Made by a program: the position numbers and the translations under genes
NCBI GenBank assembly: GCA_016840855.1
Contig: JAEORO010000134.1
Coordinates: 1 to 43,661, forward strand
DNA: 43,661 nt
Direction: 5' to 3'
DNA from: Candidatus Thorarchaeota archaeon
Lineage (GTDB): Archaea > Asgardarchaeota > Thorarchaeia > Thorarchaeales > Thorarchaeaceae
Shown here: in pieces, positions 36,823 through 43,661 of the stretch
How positions within the stretch are numbered: position 1 is the first letter of the stretch
Layout: each line of letters starts with the position of its first letter
The notes under the pieces: model-generated
What the model saw: only the letters and a program-made list of their open reading frames with translations
What the model was told of the DNA's origin: nothing
Databases searched by the model: none

Positions 36823-38406
36823 CTAATCGCCAGAAATTTGATTGCTTAGTTCTCCTCTCCTGATAAAAAGGGAAATCAGAAACCTCGTTACAGGATCCAC
36901 AAGTCGAGAAGGTAAAAAGACAGTAGCTTTCCTAATTTCTGATTCAGTGACCAATTTGAGAATTCGCGTAGCACCAATGTAAATCACAATGAATATTGAT
37001 GCATTTGCCGCTAGCTCAAGTATTGGGTTAATTCGTAGAAAATGGACTACAACTGCTGGTACCAATCCAGAAAATGCTATTGCGCTAAAATGCATAATTC
37101 TTCCGACTCGTAGATTCAAGTCTGGCACGCTCTTTTTAACAAAGACTACTGAAAAGAGAGCACTAAAGATGGGATTTGAAATATACCCTAAAACAACAAA
37201 CATGAGGCCAAAATCCATAAAGATGAACATTAAAAATCCACTCAGTATCGAAGCTAAAATTGAGGATGCCAGTATATATTGTGTATTTGCCGAAGCTGAA
37301 AGAATTGCATGTAATGGTCTCAAGAATAAGTAGAAGAACATTTGAATTATTAAAATCCCAAAGTATTGATATGCCCAATAATAACGCGGGAAGACTATTA
37401 GAAATGCAGATGGAGCCATTACAAGGCATACAACAATTACTGGCGTAAAAATAAAGAATGACATACGTACTGTCCATTGAAAGATATCATCAAGATCCTT
37501 AATACTTTTTCCCAATGCTACAGTATAGTATGAACCCAGAGTGCCATAATAGCCTAAAGTAAATGCATTAACAAACGTGACTATTCTCACAGCAAAGCCA
37601 TAAAGTCCCAGTTCTCCGCCATATCCTAAAGTGTCATAATATTGGAAAATTGCTCTTATCAAGACCTCATTTAATACATATGCAAACAAAAATGCAATTA
37701 TCGGCGGATATGCAAATTTGATGAGTGGTTTTAATGGATACAATGACCCTTTCAAAGACCAGATGTTTTTGACTGTGGAATAAAGAAAGATAGCTGTTAC
37801 CAATCCCAAGATTATTGATTTCATGAGTAGTGCTCGAATTCCCCAGTTCAAAGGAATCAATACCATTACAACAACTTGGCTGGCCACATTGGCAAGCAAG
37901 TTACCAATACCAAGATTACGAAACTCTCGATATGCTGAAGCCACAACGCTCGGAAATGATGATAAATTAATACTCATGACTCCAAAAGTGAAAACCAATC
38001 CATCAATTAGCAGATATTCTGAACCTCGCCCAGATAATGTCAGCACAATTGGTGTGATAAAAAAAGCGATGAGACCACTTAGCGGCACTAAAATCAATGT
38101 ACTTACAGTTAATGATTTTCTCAGATTAACCACTGATTCCTCATCTTCTTTGCCAATTGAGTACGCCATGTAACGACCTATTGCGTTGTGAATTCTAAAT
38201 GGAACTAAAGTAATGAGGAAGGAAGTGAGCACATCATACCACACAAAAAGACCATACTGATCCGTAGAAATGTAGAGCTGTATTTGCCAAGAAACAACGA
38301 GCCCTAAGATTAAGGATGCAAAAGGACTCAGAGACATAAAGACTCCGCCACGTAGCATCTTCTTTCTTGCATCTACTTGTTCATCTGATGGCATTTCAAC
38401 GGTCAT
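36823..38406 (-). CDS. Wzx/MOP-family oligosaccharide flippase
   Basis: 527 aa, about 14 TM, QYGLF and ELGLYGFA.RI motifs, inside the glycan cluster. Confidence 0.85.
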   Translation of the reverse strand: MTVEMPSDEQVDARKKMLRGGVFMSLSPFASLILGLVVSWQIQLYISTDQYGLFVWYDVLTSFLITLVPFRIHNAIGRYMAYSIGKEDEESVVNLRKSLTVSTLILVPLSGLIAFFITPIVLTLSGRGSEYLLIDGLVFTFGVMSINLSSFPSVVASAYREFRNLGIGNLLANVASQVVVMVLIPLNWGIRALLMKSIILGLVTAIFLYSTVKNIWSLKGSLYPLKPLIKFAYPPIIAFLFAYVLNEVLIRAIFQYYDTLGYGGELGLYGFAVRIVTFVNAFTLGYYGTLGSYYTVALGKSIKDLDDIFQWTVRMSFFIFTPVIVVCLVMAPSAFLIVFPRYYWAYQYFGILIIQMFFYLFLRPLHAILSASANTQYILASSILASILSGFLMFIFMDFGLMFVVLGYISNPIFSALFSVVFVKKSVPDLNLRVGRIMHFSAIAFSGLVPAVVVHFLRINPILELAANASIFIVIYIGATRILKLVTESEIRKATVFLPSRLVDPVTRFLISLFIRRGELSNQISGD

Positions 38407-38597
38407 TATGTCAACCTGCGGCTTAGTCTCTATTTATACTCTCTTAACTTGATTATCATTAAAATTGTGATTATTCAAGAATTGTGCTACGTCTTATCTT
38501 GTGAAAAGGGAATAATTCTTTTAGTCGTTCGATACTTTCTTCAAAGTTGGCTATGGTGTCCCATATGTCTATGCGTTAAAAATAAGGAGAGCAAGTC

Positions 38598-39917
38598 ATG
38601 GAGACATTATTCGAAATAATCTATTTCTGCTCCATTCTTGTAATTGGTTTGACTCTTCGTGCGATTCCTCACGTTAAGTATTATTTTCCAGGAACGCCTG
38701 ACACATTCTTCTTTCTAAATAAAATCAAGAACCCTGAGTATTTGTCTGAGGAAGTGCTTTACCCAAAATTGTTCGATCAGACACTCAGATTATTCGCTCG
38801 TGCTGGAAAATTAATCGATGGGCGTACAACTAATCGTCTATCAATCGTGCTTGATGCTATCACTGTGTCAATCCTCTATTTGTTCATAAGAAGTAATTCT
38901 TCAATTGAAATCGCTCTTTTTACTGCTCTCTTATTCTCTATCAGTCCCTTTATTGTAAAACAAGGCTCGACCTTATCTGCTAGGCCATTTGGATTGTTGC
39001 TTGCAAGTACTTCGGTCCTTCTCAACACACTTCCATTTCCATGGAACTGGTCTGCTCTGGTACCCATAGCAATGACATTACTAGCGCATAGGCTATCTAC
39101 ACAGACTTTGTTCGTGGTCTATGTTGGACTTTCATTTTTAGACATACAGTTCCCACTCATATTCATTGCTGGATTCATCTTCGCGGTTATTGTTACCAAA
39201 GGTAAGTATATCGAAATTCTTCGTGCCCATGTATCTGCAATCCTTACATATTATAGACAGAAAGGATATCCGAATGATAGAGTGGTTGGAGTTTTATTCA
39301 CTCCTGCATTCTTTGGGTATTTACTCTATCTCATTTTTTTCATTGTTCAGTCATATTCCTCCAATCCCATTTCTATTGGAGGATTAATAATTCCTGAACT
39401 CCTTTCATTTAATATCTTGTTTGAATTGGTTATGATAATCTGGGCATCTGCCTGTTTTCTTTTGCTTATTTTCTGGGTGGCTGGTGAATCGTATAAGCAT
39501 CTGTCGATGGCTGCTGGACCATTCGCATATCTCACATCATTGTTAGCATTTACAAATCAAGTCTTCCTCCTCCTAGCAATAATCATTGCACTTGGATCAT
39601 TAGTTCAATCTCTCTATTTCCAGCTTCGTTTTGAACATGTTGACAAAAACCTCGTTGAACTACTTGGCAGTGCTTCGCTAGTTGGCGACCATGGCACTAT
39701 GTTCGCGCCTAGTAAAGTTTACAGAGCTGTTTCGTTTTTCACTGACTGCGAAGTCGTACCAGTTAATCTCCATTTGTATAATCAAGACCATTTTGACAAA
39801 CGTTTCCTAGAATACAATCCCACACTTGCAGTTGAGGAGAGGAAGTATGGATATTGGTATTCCAATTGGGAGGAAGTAGGTAATTACGGAGACTGGGTGT
39901 TATTCAGGTTGAAATAG
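38598..39917 (+). CDS. Multi-TM protein, GT-C-like (lipid-phosphate-sugar-dependent) glycosyltransferase candidate
   Basis: TM1-R, then loop with PDTFF and YP, LFSISP, ARP, about 10 TM, soluble C-terminal domain. Confidence 0.55.
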   Translation: METLFEIIYFCSILVIGLTLRAIPHVKYYFPGTPDTFFFLNKIKNPEYLSEEVLYPKLFDQTLRLFARAGKLIDGRTTNRLSIVLDAITVSILYLFIRSNSSIEIALFTALLFSISPFIVKQGSTLSARPFGLLLASTSVLLNTLPFPWNWSALVPIAMTLLAHRLSTQTLFVVYVGLSFLDIQFPLIFIAGFIFAVIVTKGKYIEILRAHVSAILTYYRQKGYPNDRVVGVLFTPAFFGYLLYLIFFIVQSYSSNPISIGGLIIPELLSFNILFELVMIIWASACFLLLIFWVAGESYKHLSMAAGPFAYLTSLLAFTNQVFLLLAIIIALGSLVQSLYFQLRFEHVDKNLVELLGSASLVGDHGTMFAPSKVYRAVSFFTDCEVVPVNLHLYNQDHFDKRFLEYNPTLAVEERKYGYWYSNWEEVGNYGDWVLFRLK

Positions 39918-39990
39918 ATGGAAACACATCCATCTCGACTCTGATATCCAATGGATATTTTAATCAAGTCTTCAGAAATCTTTAGACGGT

Positions 39991-40719
39991 GTGGCTATAA
40001 ATTTGAAAATACTCGGTTTGGTTTGTGCTAGAGGTGGTTCAAAAGGTGTGCAAAACAAGAACATCCGAAAATTGAATGGAAAACCACTTATTTCATACAC
40101 TATTGAGATCTTTAGGAAATGGGGGAAGGCAGACCGAATTATCTGCTCAACAGATTCGCCTGATATTGCACGAATAGCGAATGAATATGGTGCTGAAACA
40201 CCATTCTTGAGACCTCCCGAATTAGCAACTGATGCGGCTCCAAAACTGCCTGTTCTGCAACATGCACTTCGTTTCTGTGAGGAAGAGGACAAAACCAGAT
40301 ATGATGTTGTAATTGACTTACAACCAACATCTCCATTTAGAAAGATTCAGGATTTAGATGCTGCATTTGATGAGTTTATCCGATCTGAGGCTTATGTGCT
40401 ATATAGTGTTGTTGAATCTGATACTAATCCATATTTCAACATGGTTCAACTAGATGAGAATGGGAATGCTCATCTGTCGAAAAAACTAGAAGGTGAACTT
40501 TCCAGGCGTCAAGATGCTCCCAAAGTATATACTATCAACGGCTCCATGTATTTTTATCAAAGGAATCATTTACTGAGAGCGAAAGGACTTCACTGTGAAA
40601 GGGAGCGGATTTTCATAATGGATAAGATTTCATCTGTTGATATTGATAATGAGCTCGATTTTCTTTTCGCTGAATTTCTAATGAGATATGGTGACAAAGT
40701 ATCGACTGAGTCAAGCTGA
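39991..40719 (+). CDS. neuA: Acylneuraminate cytidylyltransferase (CMP-NulO synthetase)
   Basis: ARGGSKG...KN, GKPLI, STD, RP.ELA.D, QPTSPFR, RRQD, NG.Y, DID...DF. Confidence 0.95.
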   Translation: MAINLKILGLVCARGGSKGVQNKNIRKLNGKPLISYTIEIFRKWGKADRIICSTDSPDIARIANEYGAETPFLRPPELATDAAPKLPVLQHALRFCEEEDKTRYDVVIDLQPTSPFRKIQDLDAAFDEFIRSEAYVLYSVVESDTNPYFNMVQLDENGNAHLSKKLEGELSRRQDAPKVYTINGSMYFYQRNHLLRAKGLHCERERIFIMDKISSVDIDNELDFLFAEFLMRYGDKVSTESS

Positions 40720-40895
40720 AATTAGATTTGATATTTTCAATTACTGCTTTATGCAGACTTCTGAGAAGAACTATCACAGAAAAATCAGCATGTGTCATCT
40801 ATATTTCATGTCAGTAAATTGATACAGCAATAAATTTCACAATACTAGTATCTCTTATTAATTAAAAACTTAGGATACTGCTTTGAGGTGATATC

Positions 40896-41318
40896 TTGAC
40901 AGAAATTATGTGGGTACCATGTGTGTTAGAAGATGTTTCAATTGATACACGATTCTTCATGGGTGGAACAAATTACACTTCAGCATCCGATGCTGATTTT
41001 CAAGCTTTATTCCTTCTTCCATTACCAACAATGAAGGGGTATCAAAGATTGTACGTGAGTGGAGTGAAAATTGGTGTCTTTGATGCTAATCCAGCGGATT
41101 ATGTTGATTGTGTGGTTCTTTATGCTGCAAGCTACAATGGATACCAGATTCTGATAGACGAAAAAACGAAGCGGACTATGAAGGGATCATATCCTTCCGA
41201 GTTCCCTCCTGTTGATGTTAGTGCACACGAGAAAGTTATAGCGCGATTGTTCTGTGTGGCATCAGCTCCCAAGGGTCTTGATATTTCAAGTGTATTGGTG
41301 AAATGTCATTACCAATAG
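40896..41318 (+). CDS. Hypothetical beta-rich protein
   Basis: 140-aa ORF, TTG start 5 nt after the SD GAGGTG; followed by its own hairpin. Confidence 0.75.
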   Translation: MTEIMWVPCVLEDVSIDTRFFMGGTNYTSASDADFQALFLLPLPTMKGYQRLYVSGVKIGVFDANPADYVDCVVLYAASYNGYQILIDEKTKRTMKGSYPSEFPPVDVSAHEKVIARLFCVASAPKGLDISSVLVKCHYQ

Positions 41319-41340
41319 CCTAACCATTTGATTAGTATTC

Positions 41341-41385
41341 GAAGGTGTAAGGAACTCCAGTTCATGCTGCACCTTCCTACTTTTT
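41341..41385 (+). terminator. Hairpin plus T tract after the 40896 ORF
   Basis: GAAGGTGTA (41341-41349) / TGCACCTTC (41368-41376; one G-U pair), inner GAAC/GTTC stem, then CTACTTTTT. Confidence 0.5.
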
Positions 41386-41629
41386 ATCTGATTCATAATC
41401 AATACTCAATTTATATCAAAACAGCTCGACTATTTTTTAAGACTATTAATTGAGTATAATCCAAGGTGCCTTTTAGGTATAATCTATTCATTAGGAGGTT
41501 TCTAGGCATCAAGAATTAGAACATAGAGAGTTAAATGGAGTACCACACATTTCCAACACAATCGGCACAATGAAAGAGTAGCATATGCAACAGCAATGAA
41601 ACATTCCGAAATTTAAGGAGTTAATTAAA

Positions 41630-42679
41630 GTGTCTTATAGTATAAAATTTGGTAACAGACGAATTGGTAATGGAGCACCAGTCTTCATAGTTGCAGAAGC
41701 TGGGGTAAATCACAATGGCAAAATAAAGATAGCAAAACAACTTGTGGATGATGCTGTGGCGTCAGGTGTAGATGCAGTAAAATTTCAAACGTTTAAATCA
41801 GAGATGTTGACAACAAAACAAGCCAATTTAGCTGAATACCAAAAAGATCAGATCAAAGAACATGAAAGTCAATTTGATATGATTAAACAGTTAGAACTTT
41901 CATACGACTCGTTTGTTGAGCTGAAGGAATATTGCGATAAAAAAGGAATACTTTTCCTGTCTACTCCACACTCCTCAGATGCAGTTGATTTTTTAGACCC
42001 AATAATGCCTGCTTTTAAGATTGGTTCAGGTGACTTGACAAATCTCCCGTTTCTTAGGATGGTTGCTTCAAGAGGTAAGCCCATATTTCTATCAACAGGA
42101 ATGGCGAATTTACAGGAAGTACGAGAAGCAGTTCAAGCAATTCAAGAAGTTGGGAAAAGTGAATTGCTATTACTTCATTGCCTAACAAATTATCCAGCAG
42201 ATATCAGAGATTCTAACCTTCGAGCAATAAGAACTATGAAGTCTGAGTTTAATCTCCCGGTAGGATTTTCTGATCATACGATGGGAATAGCGGCTTCAAT
42301 TGCTGCAGTTGCTCTCGGAGCATGCATGATAGAGAAACACTTCACCACGAATAGAAATCTTCCAGGACCAGACCACAAAGCATCTCTAGAACCAGAACAA
42401 CTAACTGAACTAGTTGAAACTATACGAAATACTGAGGCTGCATTAGGGACTGGACTCAAAGAACCTACAGAGCAAGAAATCAAGATTCGAGAAATCGTTC
42501 GTAAAAGCATTGTTTCAGTAAAAACAATACCTAAAGGAGCAGTGATAACCCAAGATATGATTGATATCAAGAGACCAGGTTTAGGCATTCCTCCTAAGTT
42601 TTACAATGATATTATTGGCAGAAAAGCCATTAAAGCCATTCAAGAAGACAGTATTCTAACTTGGGATATGATCGATTAA
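41630..42679 (+). CDS. neuB: N-acetylneuraminate/legionaminate synthase
   Basis: AEAGVNHNG, AVKFQTF, KIGSGD, LSTGM, LHC..NYP, GFSDHT, IEKHFT, GPDH, C-terminal SAF domain KRPG.GI. Confidence 0.96.
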   Translation: MSYSIKFGNRRIGNGAPVFIVAEAGVNHNGKIKIAKQLVDDAVASGVDAVKFQTFKSEMLTTKQANLAEYQKDQIKEHESQFDMIKQLELSYDSFVELKEYCDKKGILFLSTPHSSDAVDFLDPIMPAFKIGSGDLTNLPFLRMVASRGKPIFLSTGMANLQEVREAVQAIQEVGKSELLLLHCLTNYPADIRDSNLRAIRTMKSEFNLPVGFSDHTMGIAASIAAVALGACMIEKHFTTNRNLPGPDHKASLEPEQLTELVETIRNTEAALGTGLKEPTEQEIKIREIVRKSIVSVKTIPKGAVITQDMIDIKRPGLGIPPKFYNDIIGRKAIKAIQEDSILTWDMID

Positions 42680-42702
42680 CTTAGCTATAAGGTTGGATTT
42701 GA

Positions 42703-43661
42703 ATGAAACGCAAAATAGGTGTGGTAACCGGAACCCGTGCAGAGTATGGCTATCTAAAACCTCTGCTTAATGCCATTGAGAATGATCCAGATCTCGATCT
42801 TCAGCTCTTTGTAACTGGAATGCATCTTCTAAAAGAGTATGGTAATTCGATTAAGGAGATTGAAAGAGACGGATACAAGATATCTCGGATTGTCGATATG
42901 GGATCAAAAGCAATGAGCAATGAATATGATTTAGCTGTGTCGATTGGGAATGGGATTATTGAATTTTCTCAAGTATTCACAGAAGAACGACCTGATATTC
43001 TCATTGTATTTGGAGACCGAATTGAGCCATTTGCAGCAACCGTTAGTGCAACAACCATGAACATTCCAGTGGCTCATATCGCTGGTGGAGATGTTGGCAT
43101 TGGTGACATCGATCATGTTATGAGACATGCTATCACAAAGATGGCTCATGTTCATTTCACAATGAGTGAGCAAAGTACGGAGCGTGTGTTGAAGCTAGGT
43201 GAAGAATCGTGGAGAGTCTACAACGTTGGAGCTCTTACTTTGGATACAATCTTTAACTCCAATCTTCCAAGCAAGGCGATTCTTGAAGAGAAATACTCTA
43301 TCCCAAGTAAACCATTCATCTTAGTTGCTTACCATCCTACCTCGACTGAATGGCAACAGTCAGAGCAGCAAGTTGATGCCGTACTGCGTGCTGTTACTTC
43401 AATTGCTAATGAGCTCGACATGGAAATAGTTGTTATCTTTCCGAATGACTATCCCGGTGGAATAGCCATTGTGGAAGTCTTACGTAGCTTTAGTAAAAAG
43501 GGAACTAATTTCCATATTATTGAAAATCTTCCCAACGTTGATTATTTGGCAGTTCTTGGAATGTCCGCGACTTTCGTTGGTAACTCAAGTAGTGGAATAA
43601 TTGAAGCACCATCTCTCGGTATCCCTTTTGTTTGCATTGGTACTCGACAAATGGGCCGGGA
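42703..43661 (+). CDS. neuC: Hydrolysing UDP/GDP-sugar 2-epimerase (NeuC/LegG), truncated at window end
   Basis: Not in the ORF track. Hand translation MKRKIGVVTGTRAEYG...TGMHL...GDRIE...HIAGG...RHAITKMAH...GNSSSGIIEAP...IGTRQ, open to the edge. Confidence 0.93.
   Translation, partial: MKRKIGVVTGTRAEYGYLKPLLNAIENDPDLDLQLFVTGMHLLKEYGNSIKEIERDGYKISRIVDMGSKAMSNEYDLAVSIGNGIIEFSQVFTEERPDILIVFGDRIEPFAATVSATTMNIPVAHIAGGDVGIGDIDHVMRHAITKMAHVHFTMSEQSTERVLKLGEESWRVYNVGALTLDTIFNSNLPSKAILEEKYSIPSKPFILVAYHPTSTEWQQSEQQVDAVLRAVTSIANELDMEIVVIFPNDYPGGIAIVEVLRSFSKKGTNFHIIENLPNVDYLAVLGMSATFVGNSSSGIIEAPSLGIPFVCIGTRQMGR

Noticed and set aside
35316-41629. Recent horizontal acquisition of the glycan cluster (looks more AT-rich)
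   Set aside because: Impression only; GC and codon statistics were not computed, and no boundary repeats or mobility genes are present.
557-43173. Many 60-180 aa ORFs antisense to or nested in long genes (e.g. 557-901, 2579-2983, 3023-3559, 20921-21265, 42274-42588, 42931-43173)
   Set aside because: Shadow ORFs of well-supported genes with no motifs; typical of the antisense strand of hydrophobic coding sequence.
1-43661. tRNA, rRNA, CRISPR array, IS element or provirus
   Set aside because: No cloverleaf, spaced direct repeats, transposase, integrase or capsid motifs seen in the intergenic regions or ORFs; small ncRNAs cannot be excluded by eye.

Overview
Archaeal chromosomal segment, most likely from an Asgard archaeon (probably Thorarchaeia). 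The lineage is my inference from gene content, TATA promoters and GAGGTGA-type SD sites, not from a search. About 45 tightly packed CDSs; I found no rRNA, tRNA, CRISPR array or transposase. Left part (1-28 kb): MFS and DASS transporters, an OST5/TMEM258-like small membrane protein, two coupled unknown ORFs ahead of an archaea-specific Ski2-like helicase, a beta-CASP nuclease, EndoQ plus an OB-fold ORF, NreA with a PIP box, surface proteins, an orphan type IV pilus/T2SS-F platform protein, several regulators with palindromic candidate operators, and a stand-alone desulforedoxin. The most striking item is two tandem paralogues of a long, eukaryote-like RNA polymerase subunit RPB5/Rpo5 (N-terminal jaw domain present), outside the rpo operon, each preceded by a near-identical 16-bp promoter element. 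Right part (28-43.7 kb): a surface-glycosylation cluster with split Alg14/Alg13, GT2/GT4, WecB, flippase, a GT-C-like membrane protein, a candidate nonulosonate transferase and NeuA/NeuB/NeuC, running off the right edge. All family calls come from motif recognition by eye and need HMM or structure confirmation.
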